Shown: piece by piece, positions 27,937-42,327 of the stretch
How the letters are laid out: every line of letters begins with the position of its first letter
Numbering within the stretch: the first letter of the stretch is position 1
Notes under the pieces: generated by a model
Database searches by the model: none
What the model was told of the DNA's origin: nothing
What the model saw: the letters and a program-made list of their open reading frames with translations, nothing else
Translations under genes and position numbers: made by a program
NCBI GenBank assembly: GCA_951406725.2
Contig: OX597826.1
Span: 77,686,001-77,750,000, forward strand
Direction of reading: 5' to 3'
Source of the DNA: Octopus vulgaris
Taxonomy: Eukaryota
DNA length: 64,000 nucleotides

Positions 27937-28399
27937 ATCTATGTGTATCTCTTTGTGTCTGTGTTTGTCCCCCACCAGTGCTTGACAAACTGGTGTTGGT
28001 TTGTTTATGTCCCCATTACTTAGTGGTTCAGCAAAAGAGATTGATTGAATAAGCACCAGGTTTAGGGGGGGGGGAAGACTGATTGGGTTGATTCATTTGA
28101 TTAAAGAATTCTTCACGGTGGTGCCCCAGCATGGCCACAGTCGAATGAGCGAAACAAGTAAGAGGTAAAAAGTAACAACAAATGATTCCCATTTTTTTAC
28201 CATTCCGCAGACTGATTATTCTAGAATCCGGTTGATATGTCTGTAGAACAATATTTCATGCAGTTCATTACTTGCCCACAGTTAATTATGATTAATTACA
28301 AGAGGAATAAATGGAACAGACAAAGAAACAACAACAACATCAACAACAACAACACCACCACCAAAATACAGACACAGATTAGTAACTCATCTCCAGACA

Positions 28400-28675
28400 C
28401 ACGCACACACTGGTGTGATGCATACACGCATATGCTGCTTGGTGCACAAGTGTATGCACATGCATACACACACATGCACATACACATGCATACACATAGC
28501 TGCACGTGCAGGGTAGAACGGAAATAGTCAAACATACAAAAACAACAAATACAATTCAAAGAATACAAATGGTTCCATCTTCTTTGATTGAACACCAAAC
28601 CATCACCACCGTCTTTTCTGCAACCACTATTTCCATCACTGCCAAAACCATAAATGCTGCTGCAGAAACACACAT

Positions 28676-28710
<35 letters not shown>

Positions 28711-28917
28711 TAGATATATGCACGCACACAACACACACACACACACACATGCACACACACACACACACACGCACACACACGCACGCACACACAACACGCA
28801 CACACATATGCAAGCACACAACACACATACACATACACACACACACACACCATACACATACACACACACGCACACACACACACACACACGCACACACATG
28901 CACAAACACACACACAT
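28400..28917. repeat. Imperfect (CA)n microsatellites
   Basis: Directly visible. Confidence 0.9.
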
Positions 28918-28999
28918 TAAATAATGAACTCATTACTTCAGGCAATTTATATTATTATAAATAACTTTCTTTTGTAGTCTATCTATGGCTTCTTCCAGA

Positions 29000-29315
29000 C
29001 TGTGGCCATGCTGGGGCACCACCTTGTGGAATTTTTAAATCCAGTCTCTTTTTGCCGAACCGCTAATTTACGTGGACATAAACACACCATCACTGGTTAT
29101 CAAGCAATGGTTGGGGATAAACACAGACATAAAGACATGCATGCATGCACACGCACACACACATACACATGCACATATAATGGGCTTCTTTCAGTTTCTA
29201 TCTAGCATATCCTGAGGCTATATTAGAAGACACTTGCCCAAGGTGCCACACAGAAGGACTGAACCCAGAGTCATGTGGTTGGGAAGCAAACTTCTTACCA
29301 CAAAGCCACACCCGT
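29000..29315 (-). mobile_element. SINE family B
   Basis: gacacttgcccaaggtgccac...ggactgaaccc...cttaccac. Confidence 0.8.
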
Positions 29316-29422
29316 GCCTACTGAATAACTGTCTTATGAATGGCTGACTAAGTTACAAAATTATTATTTCATTTCAACCTATATATACAATCATATATAT
29401 ATATAATCATAAACATGTTATA

Positions 29423-30330
29423 TACACCAGGTATGTGAATGACATATTGATTGTAATGGCCATACAGGAATGGGATTGAGAAGTAAAGGAAGAACCAGAC
29501 AACAACCAGCCCCCGACTGAAATTCAAAAATCTCAAACAATACAAATAACATTTCTAGAACTACAATAACTGTATTTTCTAGACATAAACATTCAGGTAG
29601 AAAATAACAGGTGCACCAAAGACACAAAGAAATCCCTATATTTACATGAAGACGGTGAATGGCTGCATCGATGTAAAATAATACCAGCAGTAAAATCCAT
29701 ATTCGAAGAGCATTGAGGGTCTCTTCTACAGAGAAGCACCAAATGAAATAATGCACGGAATAAATAAACGGTTCTCAACAAGAGGGAATTCTTCCAACAA
29801 ACTGATAGATTAAGTCATAGAAAAATACAATGCATTGAATGCATTAGGTGTTGCACCTATTAAAAATATGCAATCAACACGTAAATAGTGTGATATGAAT
29901 CAAATGGTTACTAACGATGAAATGGTGGAACACATCATCGAAACCTCGTTAACAGAATACAAACTGCATTACACCAAATGATGAATTAAAATGCATAATA
30001 GACAAAAATTAACCGAAACCCTCCTTATCGGTAACATCCCACAAGCAACTAAACCCATGAACAAACTGCTGATGCACAATCGGATTTATAAAGTTGATTG
30101 TAAACATCAAAGTTGTAAACGTGTAACTACTATATTATTAATACAAATATGACCCCCCACCGGTTATTTATAACAGGGGGGCTATTGCAGTGTGAGGCAT
30201 TGTGCAACACAAAACCAAACGAGATGGGAAAACATTAGCAGACAACACATCTATGCTCAACGGAATCCTTCACAAAAATGGATAATCAATTACAGAAGAA
30301 ATGATGGTAATGTGGCACCATGTTATGGTA
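29423..30330 (+). mobile_element. Decayed Penelope-like retroelement (RT C-terminus plus GIY-YIG endonuclease)
   Basis: Ordered motifs YTRYVNDILIV, YFLDINI, KDTKKSLYLH, IRRALRVSS and RIYKVDCKHQSC, with stops and frameshifts. Confidence 0.72.
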
Positions 30331-30769
30331 AATACTGACAGAGTATACACCATCATCGTTTTAATGTCCTCTTTTCCATGCTGGCATGGGTCAGACAGAG
30401 TTTTATCGAGGCAGATATTTCTCTGGTTGGATACTCATCCTGTTGCTAACCTGAAATGAGGAGCAGATAGACAGACAACAACTGTTTTCCATTTGTTTCT
30501 CTCATTGTTTGCATTTTGAACTCATTTGTTTTCGTATTTCATGTTGTCTACTGTTGGTGACATCCTGTACCCATATATGTATATGTATATATATATGTAA
30601 ATATATATATATATATATATAAAGTTAATCCAAACAAGAAAGCACAAAAAAACACAACGCGAGGACGTGGAACAAATATAGTATATTGGACGCTCAGGAA
30701 AGAAGGAGGGTTTAACGTTTATGTATATATATATGCAAATATAGATATTGTTTATAGTATTCTTTTATT

Positions 30770-31140
30770 TTTTTACTTGTTGCAGTCATTTGACAGCAGC
30801 CATGCTGGAGCACCACCTTTTAGTCGAGCAAATCGACCAGGACTTGTTCTTTGTAAACCTAGTCTCTTTTTGCCGAACTGCTAGGTTACGGGGATGTAAA
30901 CACACCAGGATCACATGTCAAGTGATGTTGTGGTAGACAAACACAGACACACAAACACATACATATATATATATATATATGCACACATATATATGATGAG
31001 CTTCTTTCAGTTTCTGTCTACCAAATCCAATCACAAGGTTTTGGTTAGTCCCAGGCTATAGTAGAAGACACTCGCCCAAGGTACCATGCAGTGGGACTGA
31101 ACTTGGAACCATGTGACTGGTAAGCAAGCTACTTACCACA
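30770..31140 (-). mobile_element. SINE family B
   Basis: Reverse complement of the 27502 copy. Confidence 0.85.
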
Positions 31141-31220
31141 TATATATTTACCTATATATATTTTCACTTATATATGTTTATATATATATATATATATGTA
31201 TATGTCTGTGTTTATATATA

Positions 31221-31261
<41 letters not shown>

Positions 31262-31281
31262 GTGTGTGTGTTTGTGTGTAT

Positions 31282-31316
<35 letters not shown>

Positions 31317-31573
31317 AATGTATATATAAACATATATACGTATATGTGTGTGTGTGTGTGTGTGTCTACTTTTTAGTACTCATTTATCCTCTTCAATAGC
31401 ACCGCACATGGCACTCTACTGAGAATTTCCTTAATAAATTTACATTAAATACTTTGTCACACATTCCATGACCTCTTCACATGAAATATTTGTTTCAACT
31501 GTCATAAGTCATTGCTTTTTTTTGTGGCTTGTTAAGTGTTGTCAAGTATTTCTGTGTGATGCTATGGTACTTA

Positions 31574-31604
<31 letters not shown>

Positions 31605-31619
31605 TACACACACACATAC

Positions 31620-31677
<58 letters not shown>

Positions 31678-31788
31678 GTATATACATATATGTATATATA
31701 CATATACATATATGTATATTTATACATACACACACACATTTACACACATGCATATATACACACATATTTATATATATATATATACACA

Positions 31789-31820
<32 letters not shown>

Positions 31821-31824
31821 AGTA

Positions 31825-31865
<41 letters not shown>

Positions 31866-32331
31866 GTGTATGTATGTGTGTATGTATGTATGTATGTATG
31901 TATGTATGTATGTGTGTATGTATGTATGTATGTATGTATGTATGTGTGTGTGTGTGTGCATGTGTGTGTTTAGGTGTATACATTTATGTGTTTTTCTATG
32001 TGCATGTATGTACATATATATATATATATGTATATATATATATGTATACATGTATGTATGTGTATGTCTGTGTCTGTGCATATATGTGTGTTTAGGTGTA
32101 TACACGTATGTGTTTTTTATGTGCATGTGTGCATGTGTGTGGGTAGATCTGTAAAGTGTGTGTGTGTGTGTGTGTGTGTGCAAGCGTCTCTGTGTCTTGT
32201 TTTTTTTTCTAGTTGACAAATGAAATATAGGTTTGCTTGGTTTCCTAATTTTGATTTCTCACTTGTTCAGTTTTTATTCCTGCAATACACATATACATAC
32301 ATACACACTCTCACACACACACACACACACA

Positions 32332-32368
<37 letters not shown>

Positions 32369-32385
32369 TATATATATATATAATT
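31140..32385. repeat. Compound (AT)n/(GT)n/(ATGT)n microsatellites
   Basis: Directly visible. Confidence 0.92.
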
Positions 32386-32612
32386 TAAGACTTATTATAA
32401 CGATGGTTTCAACCTCGTGTTTTCCAAGTGTAAAATATATTTCACACTTGCAAAAAAAAGTCTAAGAACAAAAAAAAAAAAATTAAGAACTGATCATAAC
32501 GGTAAATCTTAAATCAGAACTATAAAACCTCTAAATTTGTAGCCTGTATTGAGTACATTATTTACAGGAAGTTTCCTTTGATTGCAAAAAAAAAAAAAGA
32601 AAAAGCATGTTT

Positions 32613-33010
32613 AGGAGTGGCTGTGTGGTAAGTAGCTTGCTAACCAACCACATGGTTCCGGGTTCAGTCCCACTGTGTGGCAACTTGGGCAAGTGTCTTC
32701 TACTATAGCCTTGGGCCGACCAAAGCCTTGTGAGTGGATTTGGTAAACGGAAACTGAAAGAAGCCCTTGGTATATATGTATATATATATATATATGTGTG
32801 TGTGTGTTTGTGTGTCTGTGTTTGTCCCCCTAGCATTGCTTGACAACCGATGCTGGTGTGTTTATGTCCCCATCAGTTAGCGGTTCGGCAAAAGAGACCG
32901 CTAGAATAAGTACTGGGCTTACAAAGAATAAGTCCCGGGGTCGAGTTGCTCGATTAAAGGCGGTGCACCAGCATGGCCACAGTCAAAATGACTGAAACAA
33001 GTAAAAAGAG
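32613..33010 (+). mobile_element. Full-length SINE family B
   Basis: aggagtggctgtgtggtaagtagcttgc...ggttcagtcccac...tail, highly similar to 27502. Confidence 0.9.
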
Positions 33011-33394
33011 AAAAAGAGAGATAAGTGCAGCCATAGGTGTGTGTGGTAAAGTGGTTTGTTTCCAAACTCTGTGGTTTAAGGTTCATTCCCAAGATATGGA
33101 CACTGTTGACTGGTAGCTTTTGCTAAGTCTGTGATATAACCAGAGTTTCGTGAATGGAATTTGGCAAAAAGAACCTGAAGAAGCCCATCATATTTATTTT
33201 TTTTTATTCTTTTATTTCTTTCAATCATTAGACTGTGGCCATGCTGGGGCACCACCTTGATGGTTTTACTCGAACAAATCAACCCATGATTTTTTATTCT
33301 TTTTAAGCATAGTACTTGCTCTACCAATCTGTCTTTGCCAAACTACAAAGTTATGGGGATGTAAGCAAACCAACAACGGTTGTTAAACAGTAGT

Positions 33395-33437
<43 letters not shown>

Positions 33438-33856
33438 ACACACACACACATACATGCACAACACACAAAGAGGCACACATACATATTTTTATGCATATTA
33501 TTTTAGATGGCTGATAAGACACATGTTGAAACACCAGTGTCCCAGAATGCTTTGCACCAATGAGCTAAGAATGTTGAAGACAATGTCATCATAAAATAGA
33601 GGAGTCCTTCCATGACCAACACTACAGTATCCAACATTTTTTTTGTCTACAAGTATTAAGAATGATAAGCAAATAACTATTTTTCTTTTGTCAATCTCAT
33701 TTTATGTATTTCAGCTTAAAAGATATGTCCATGCTGGAGCACAGGCATTTTCTTGAACTCTCCAATGGCCATTCTTAAGTGGTTGGCTTTCGCTGAATAA
33801 GGAAATTTGATATTGTTGTCCTCGTTTGAGCCTCTTGCCACACACAAACACACACA

Positions 33857-34280
33857 CAGCCGGATTAAGACCCATTGAGGCCCTTAAAAGCACTTAAAAA
33901 GATTTTGGTGCCGCCATAAAAGATTATGTAATTCAAAATATAAACAATAACAAACCATGAAATAAATTTCTATTTTCGAAAACGAAACAAAACAGTAAAA
34001 GGGAAAATAATGTTTATTTTTGTCTACTTCCACTTTATTTATATTTGAAAAAGTTTCTTCCTACTTTTTTGAATTGCAAAGTCTTTGGTCAGATCCTCAA
34101 AATTAATCTTAGGTAACACATCCACATCTATACTCAGTAGAGACAAAGGCATCCCGAACATTATTTTAGCAAGTTTAAAGTGATTTCTTTTGTGCCGTAG
34201 ACCATTTACCATTTCTGTGGGGCCCCCTCCTTGGTGCCCTAAGCACATGCTTAATTTGCTTAATCGTTAATCTAGTGCTG
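33857..34280 (-). mobile_element. hAT (Tip100-like) internal-deletion derivative
   Basis: CAG...CTG ends with GATTAA subterminal match; 8-bp flanks cacacaca/cacacgca; LSLLSIDVDVLPKINFEDLTKDFAIQKSRK resembles the hAT C-terminal dimerisation region. Confidence 0.75.
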
Positions 34281-34686
34281 CACACGCACACACAAACACA
34301 CACACAAACACACACACACACATATTGTTTGTGTGTGTGTGTGTGTTAAGTGACTGTACTAAAAGTACTGTGAAAGAGAACGCCAACCTTCCCCTCTTAG
34401 TGCAAAGAAGAGCTGTCATTGAGTGAATGAGTATCTCAGTGACTTAGTGGGTGTGTTAGAGAGGCTAGGTCATGGTGACGATGGCAGTGGTAGTGGTGGT
34501 GGCGACGAAGATGGCAGCGGTGGTGGTGGTAGTGTCTCCCCTGTGGTGTCAGTGGGAGGCAACCACAGAAGGACAGTCAGCAAAGAACATTGGTGTGTGG
34601 CAGGGGAGGATTGCATTATTAAAGATTGCCTGCTGGCATTGATGGAAAATATTGGTATCTGTCAAAATACAAGACTCAAGTGAACA

Positions 34687-34760
34687 ATGCCAACTAAAAC
34701 AAGCAATGAAGAAATGTTCCTTGACATCTCACCAAAAATAATGACAGTTTTTTCAGGCAG
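34687..34760 (+). CDS. Possible initial coding exon of an unknown gene
   Basis: acaATG, 24 codons ([24 protein letters not shown]) then consensus donor CAG|GTAAGT in non-repetitive sequence; no homology recognised. Confidence 0.2.
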
Positions 34761-34809
34761 GTAAGTTTTGATAGCTTGATTGAAGATGTAAGTCAATGCT
34801 AGATTTACG

Positions 34810-34874
34810 TGTGTGTGTGTATGATAGTCATATATATATATGTCCTCTATTATGTTTGTGTTCCATTTATATAT

Positions 34875-34918
<44 letters not shown>

Positions 34919-34921
34919 GTG

Positions 34922-34963
<42 letters not shown>

Positions 34964-35087
34964 TATATATACATACATATATAGATATATACATATAATA
35001 TATATAAAGCCATTTGTACTGAAAGCATATATATATATATGTACATATATACATATATATATATACACACACTCACATATATATATA

Positions 35088-35174
<87 letters not shown>

Positions 35175-35262
35175 ATACATATATATATGTGTCTGTACAT
35201 GTAACGTATATATGCATATCTATACATGTATACATATATATGCATATGTAAGTATATATGTA

Positions 35263-35294
<32 letters not shown>

Positions 35295-35688
35295 GCACAC
35301 ACATATATACATATACAGGTATATAAAAACATATATATTAATACACACACACACGCACATACACTCACATACACTCACACGTACGTATGTATTTCGTAAC
35401 GGTGTTAGAAAGACGGGAATATATTAATCTCAACCATTTTCTATACGCGAAGAATAGATACTAATGCATCGGTAGCATTTGAATGAGTCTCTCTAAGCTG
35501 ACTTCCTGCAACTGTTGTCTCAGAGAATCTACAGATATGACCATCATCATGTTGCAAAGGGAGTCGGGGGGGGGGGGGTGGATGGTAGTGGTAGCTTGTT
35601 GGTTTGGCAAGAATATTTTATTCAATGCCATATCATCTCGCATTGGTTATATCTACAAAAGAGAATCTCCCTTAGAAATATTCTACAT

Positions 35689-35743
<55 letters not shown>

Positions 35744-36083
35744 GTCTTTGTCTCTTTCTTTCTTTCGTTCTCTCTCTATTGTATAAAATAATTAAATATA
35801 ATTAAAAATAATTAAAAGCAACATTTTATTTTTGATATTTTCATTATTTTCAGCATTTATCTTTTCGGTAATCACAGAAACATTGTTTCAAAAATTCCAT
35901 TTTTCTTATCAGTACAAAATGGCTGTAGAAGCAAATGAAAATAATTGAAAGAGTTTATGAAAGAATATCTGAAAATATTGATGAAATTTTTCCCCCCCTT
36001 TTTTATAGATAAGAATAAAATAGGCATTTAATGTTCCTTGTGTATATTTATTCTTAATAATTTTTAAAATAAAGGAGAGAGAC

Positions 36084-36146
<63 letters not shown>

Positions 36147-36237
36147 GCAGTACAGAACACTTCCAACTAAAGTTCTCCCTTGCAAAGAATAACCAATGAG
36201 AGATAAATACCTGTATATGCATGTATGTGTGGGTATG

Positions 36238-36288
<51 letters not shown>

Positions 36289-36289
36289 C

Positions 36290-36342
<53 letters not shown>

Positions 36343-36481
36343 ACACACATATATACATACACACATATATATATATACATATATATATATACACATACAT
36401 ACATATATATATGCATATATGCATATATATATAAATATATATATACATGCATATTTATATATATATATATGCATATACACA

Positions 36482-36540
<59 letters not shown>
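34810..36540. repeat. Microsatellite field: (AT)n, (CT)n, (AG)n, (TATC)n, (CA)n
   Basis: Directly visible. Confidence 0.92.
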
Positions 36541-37269
36541 ATTTCCTGATAGGGACATTGTACTTCATTTAACAACCATAACATACTACCAATATTATCT
36601 TTTTGTGTTAGCAATGTGACTTAATCACTTTGAGTTATCTCTGCAGTTATTCGGCAGAATTTAGAGCCAGCATGATGTCTTATTTATGGATATATCTATG
36701 TAAACCACACAACTGAAGTTAGAAAAATAGGTGATGGGTGTACATACACATTTCTGGAATCATTGCTTCTTCCTCAGTACCAGATATGCATATGCCTCCA
36801 TTACCTGTTTTTCTATCTTCCATCACATCATTTACATTGATGCTTTCTTTGAATATGAAACATTATGACGTTCACTTGAATTGCTAGGTATATCAACCAA
36901 ATCTTCATCAGATCGCATTCTAACATCTTAAAAGATAAAGATTTGATGCTTTTTAGCAGACAGTAGAGCTTGGCACGGTCTTCTGACTCGTCAGCTCCTG
37001 TTAAACCACCCAGACCATGCCAACATAGAAAACAGGTTATAATGACAATGATGCTGATGGTGATGATGATGATGGTGGTGGTGGTGGTGGTGGTGGTGGT
37101 AGTGGTGAGGATGATGCTATATCAAGGGTGTTTGATTTCAAGTTCTCTTTCAATGATTTGACAAGCTACTACCTCCCAAACATGGCCATCTCTCACCACC
37201 AGCATATTACCATTACTACAGCTACCACAACCATTAATATATTCTTCAGTCACTCCTCCAAATGCCATA

Positions 37270-37505
37270 TCTATTTCTTCACTACCCACAAGGGGCTAAA
37301 CACAGAGAGGACAAACAAGGACAGACACACGGATTAAGTCGATTACATCGACACCAGTGCGTAACCGGTACTTGATTTATTGACCCTGAAAGGATGAAAG
37401 GCAATGTCGACCTCAGCGGAATTTGAACTCAGAATGTAACGGCAGACGAAATATGGCTACGCATTTCACCTGGTGTGTTAACATTTCTGCCAGCTTGCCG
37501 CCTTA
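37270..37505 (-). mobile_element. Full-length SINE family A
   Basis: ctatttc tail through ...ctgccagcttgccgcc head. Confidence 0.88.
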
Positions 37506-38679
37506 AAATACCATTACACTCCTCCAAATACCATTACCATTACCTCTGCAACAAGACCCCTGCTTCTGTCCCCTTATTTCATTCTCTAACTTCTCATCAC
37601 CTACAATAAAACCGCCTCCCTCTATACTCCACTCCCCACTCGGTCAAAGGTTTTTGTTATTGTGAGTGACACAGTGACCTCACTGGTGCTGGTGTCACAT
37701 AAAAAGCAGCCAGTATTGTATGTAAAATGGTAGGCATCAGGAAGGGCATCCAGTTGTCGAAACCATGCTAAAGCAGATATTGGAGGCTTGGTACAAGTCT
37801 TTTAGCTCACCAAATCCTGCTAAACCATCCAACCCAACTCATTCTGATGTTCTACACCAAGGAAAAATATTTGAAAGAAAGAAAGAAAAAAAAACCTGAA
37901 AGAGATTTGAACAAGATAAATGTTTTGCTGTGAATGAAGTATTTTCATCATTGACTGAAGCCATCTCCACCACCACCACCACCACCACCAAAACCACCAC
38001 CACCACCACCACTACCATCGGTTTGGGTTTGATGATGTCTGTAGCCAGAGACCTTCATTTCATGCTTCTTTTGTTTTTACACTTTTCCATAATTGCTCTC
38101 CCTCACTCTCCCTCTCTCTCTCTCTCTTTCTTTCTCTCTCTCTTTCTTTCTCTCTCTCTTTCTCTTTTGATTTATGTGTGTGAGTGTTTATGGATGAGAG
38201 GTAATCTGTGTGTAGTCTTCTTGTGTGTGTGTGTGTGTGTGTGCGTGTATGCATGTGTGGGCGTATGTGTGCGTGTGTGCATGTATGTCTGTGTGTGTGT
38301 GTGTGCATATATGTATGTGTGTGCGTGTATGTGCATTTGTGTGTGTGTGTAGATGTATGTATGTATGTATGTGTGTGTGCTTGTTTGTGTGTGTATACTC
38401 TCAAACACGAACACACACACACACACACAGACATGTCTGTATCTGTATAAGAATTTCGGTATCTGACTCTGCCTACCTGTTTGCGTGTGTTTGTCTATGT
38501 CTATGCTTCTGTATGTGAGGGTGCGTGCGCATATGCGTGTGTGTGTGTGTGTGTGTGTGTTAGTGTGCGCGTGAGAGTGTGTTTGCGCATGCGTGTGCAG
38601 TGTGCTTTGTTGTATTATGTGGATGTTGATGGATTTTTATTTTGTTGATGTGTCTCTGGGAGAAGCAATTTCATCGCCG

Positions 38680-38866
38680 TCCTCACCACCACCACCACCA
38701 CCACCACCATCATCATCATCGCTATCATCATCATCATCGCCAAGCGTAACAACACCATCCTCATTATCTTCAAAGCAAAACAGCAACAACAACAACAACA
38801 GCAACACAACAGGAACAACGGTAAACATAAAAGGCAACAATACCAACAACAACTGCAACAACCATG

Positions 38867-38898
<32 letters not shown>

Positions 38899-39259
38899 GT
38901 TATCATCATCATTATCATCATTGTCATGATTATTATCAATATCATAATCATCAACATCATCAGCAGCAGCAGCAGCATCCTGTTCATTGTTGTCTAACTC
39001 ATCATCACGACCACGACCACCACCATCATCGTCGTCGTCGTTGTCATCATCGTCAGAATCATCATCATCGTTGTCATCATCATTGTTATCATCATCATCG
39101 TCATCACCATCATCATCATCATCATCATCGTTAGCTTCACCATCATCATCATTATAGTTATCATCATCATCATCGTTAGCTTCACCATCATCATCATTAT
39201 CATTATTGTTATTCTCGTCGTTATTGTTATCATCCTCATCATCCTCATCATCATCGTCG

Positions 39260-39312
<53 letters not shown>

Positions 39313-39370
39313 GTCATCTTCATCATCATCATCCTCATCATCATTATTGTTATCCTCATCATCATCGTTG

Positions 39371-39415
<45 letters not shown>

Positions 39416-39926
39416 CTATCATCATCATCGTCATCTTCATCATCATCATTATTGTTATCGTCATCATCATCGTCGTCGTCGTCATCGTCAGTGGTACCGA
39501 CAATACAACGGCAGCCTCGCCGTCGCTCCAGCAACGCTGAATCATGGAACCGAAGCCACAATAAGAACAAAAGCACCAACAACAACAACAACCTCGACAA
39601 CGAAACCGCCAACAATGCCAATAACAAGATCACGCCAACAGCAATGTATCATCAATAGCTGCAAACTCTATATCAACAACAACAACAACAACAACAACAA
39701 AGCATCTATAACAAGAACATCAATGTTGATTTTGAAATGATGAAGTGTCAAAGAATGGCCTGCAACAGTCAGGTAGCTGTTATGGAATGGTTGACCCCTG
39801 ACACCCGGGACACGGCACAGCAACAACAACAACAACAATAATAATGATGATGATAATAATAATAATAACAATAATAATAATAATAATAACAACAACAAAA
39901 ATAATGATAATGATAATGATAATAAT

Positions 39927-39982
<56 letters not shown>

Positions 39983-40040
39983 CAACAAAAATAATGATAA
40001 TGATAATTATAATTATAATAATAATAATAATGATAATAAT

Positions 40041-40084
<44 letters not shown>

Positions 40085-40211
40085 TAATAATAACAATAAT
40101 AATAATAATAATAACAACAACAAAAATAATGATAATGATAATTATAATTATAATAATAATAATAATAATAATAATGATAATAATAATAATAATAACAATA
40201 ATAATAATAAC

Positions 40212-40246
<35 letters not shown>

Positions 40247-40470
40247 TAATAATAATAATAGTAAGAAAGATAATTATTATGTTCATAGAAAGTGGATTTG
40301 ATGATGGTGGTGATGATGGTGATGATGTTGATGATGGTGGTGATGATGATGATTGTGGTAGTGGTGGTGGTGATGATGATGATGATGGTGGTGGTGATGA
40401 TGATGATGATGATGGTGGTGGTGATGAATTTAGTAGTTTGTGATGGCGGTGGTGCTGGTGGTGACGGTGG
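38680..40470. repeat. Trinucleotide field: (CAT)n, (AAC)n, (AAT)n, (GAT/GGT)n
   Basis: Directly visible; source of the poly-D, poly-S, poly-I and poly-M ORFs. Confidence 0.95.
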
Positions 40471-40661
40471 TTAATTTATCGTAGGTGGCGTTGGCGTAGG
40501 TGGTGGTAGTAAAAAACTTGATTAGTTAAACTGCTTCAAACAAGAACAAAAGAGTTGGGGGCCATGGCATGGAAAGATTGGATAAATAAAGTGGTTACCA
40601 CTACACACCCGCCCCTCCACCTCCACCTCCACCGCACGCAAACACACGCACATATATAGCG

Positions 40662-40713
<52 letters not shown>

Positions 40714-40778
40714 GTCTGTCTGTCTGTCCTCTTACCTATCTAACTATCTATCTGTCTGTCTGTCTGTCCGTCCGTCCG

Positions 40779-40836
<58 letters not shown>

Positions 40837-41589
40837 AATCTGTCTATATGTCTGTCTACCTGTCTGTTTATCTATCTATCTGTCTTGTCTATCTATCTCT
40901 CCCTCTCTCTCTCTCTCTCTCTCTCCATATACAGAGCCTCCCACTGATGATTTCCAGTCAAATGAAATCACATGATGTGGATGGCCATGACAGACGATTC
41001 TCGTCTTCTACGACCTACGTCCGTGCTTTTATGCACCAAACTCTCAAAAAGCAAAAAAACAGTGACTGATCGTTTGGACGCTTAATTCTAAGTGGTATGA
41101 CAACCTACAACTTCTAAATAAAATTGATTGTTATAGGATGAGGAGTGAAACTAGATTTTATAGGATGGTTTTTGATTACATGACGGAACCAATATCTTGG
41201 TAACTGCCGTGCGTGCGTCTATGTGTTTGCATGTGTGATAATATGACTTACACGGACTCATTAGTGGATACATTTAATTTTCATTGTAGCGTAACTGACA
41301 AAAAGGGTTCAACGGAAAATTCTAGGGAATTACAGATATTTTAATGCTGCGATATTTGTCTGTAACGGATACCAAAACAAAAAGAACTTTTCTATGTAAT
41401 TAGTATCATCTCACAGTATTATTATTGTTTTTCTTTTTGTAACAAATAAGTATTTTTTCTTTGTATATTCTGTGACTTTTTTTTGGGTGGGGGTTTTAAT
41501 TCTGCCAAAAACTTTTCACACCTGTTACTCTGAGCAAATCATATTTTACCTGTTGGAAGACCTTCGATAAAATGTATATTCCTCAGAGG

Positions 41590-41835
41590 CCATCCATCAA
41601 TCTTCTCTACCAGCAATTATTGGGAGAGTAGAGTCACAAAGGGAGAGTTCTCAAGCCCCTCCTGTGTCCTTTTAGACCTTCTGGATGGATTTCCAAGCAT
41701 GACTGAATATCAGTGAGACTGGATATCAGCCAACCATATCGTTCTTGGTCTACTCCTACGACTCTTGCTTTTCCGCTTGGCTTGAAGAATTCGCCTTACG
41801 ATTCTTTTCTGCAACATTCTAATCACATGTTTTTT
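41590..41835 (-). mobile_element. RTE LINE 3' end (same family as 21150 and 56555)
   Basis: HVIRM...RIVRRILQA...RSRPRTIWL. Confidence 0.75.
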
Positions 41836-41983
41836 GTAGTACTGGAACTGTAACCTCCCGAAGCAGAGAAATAACGGTTCGGCCTGGAGAGACTCACTGA
41901 TCCCTTCCAAGTAACGTTACCCCTGAGGTCCTTAAGAGGACCCCCGTTACAACTGCTTCTATTTACAACTGTATTCTTTTGGC

Positions 41984-42215
41984 CCGGCGAGCTGGCAGGA
42001 ACGTTAGCACGCCGGGCGAAATACGTAGCCGTATTTCGTCTGTCGTTTATGTTCTGAGTTCAAATTTCGCCGAGGTCGACTTTGCCTTTCATCCTTTCGG
42101 GGTCGATAAATAAAGTACCAGTTTCCCACTGGGGTCGATGTGTAATCGACTTAATCCCTTTGTCTGTTCTTGTTTGTCCCTTCTATGTTTAGCTCCTTGT
42201 GAGCAGTAAAGAAAT
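41984..42215 (+). mobile_element. Full-length SINE family A
   Basis: cggcgagctggcaggaacgttagcacgccgggcgaaat...gagttcaaatttcgccgagg... with CpGs intact. Confidence 0.9.
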
Positions 42216-42284
42216 ACATTATCCTATACTTCCTGACCTCAGATGCATGTATTAAAAATACTACTACTATTACTACTACTGCTG

Positions 42285-42327
<43 letters not shown>

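Noticed and set aside
38770-39633. Signal-peptide-like start plus poly-Asp, resembling an acidic biomineralisation protein
   Set aside because: Non-ATG start; the hydrophobic part is (GTT)n and the acidic part (GAT)n, like many other tracts in the window.
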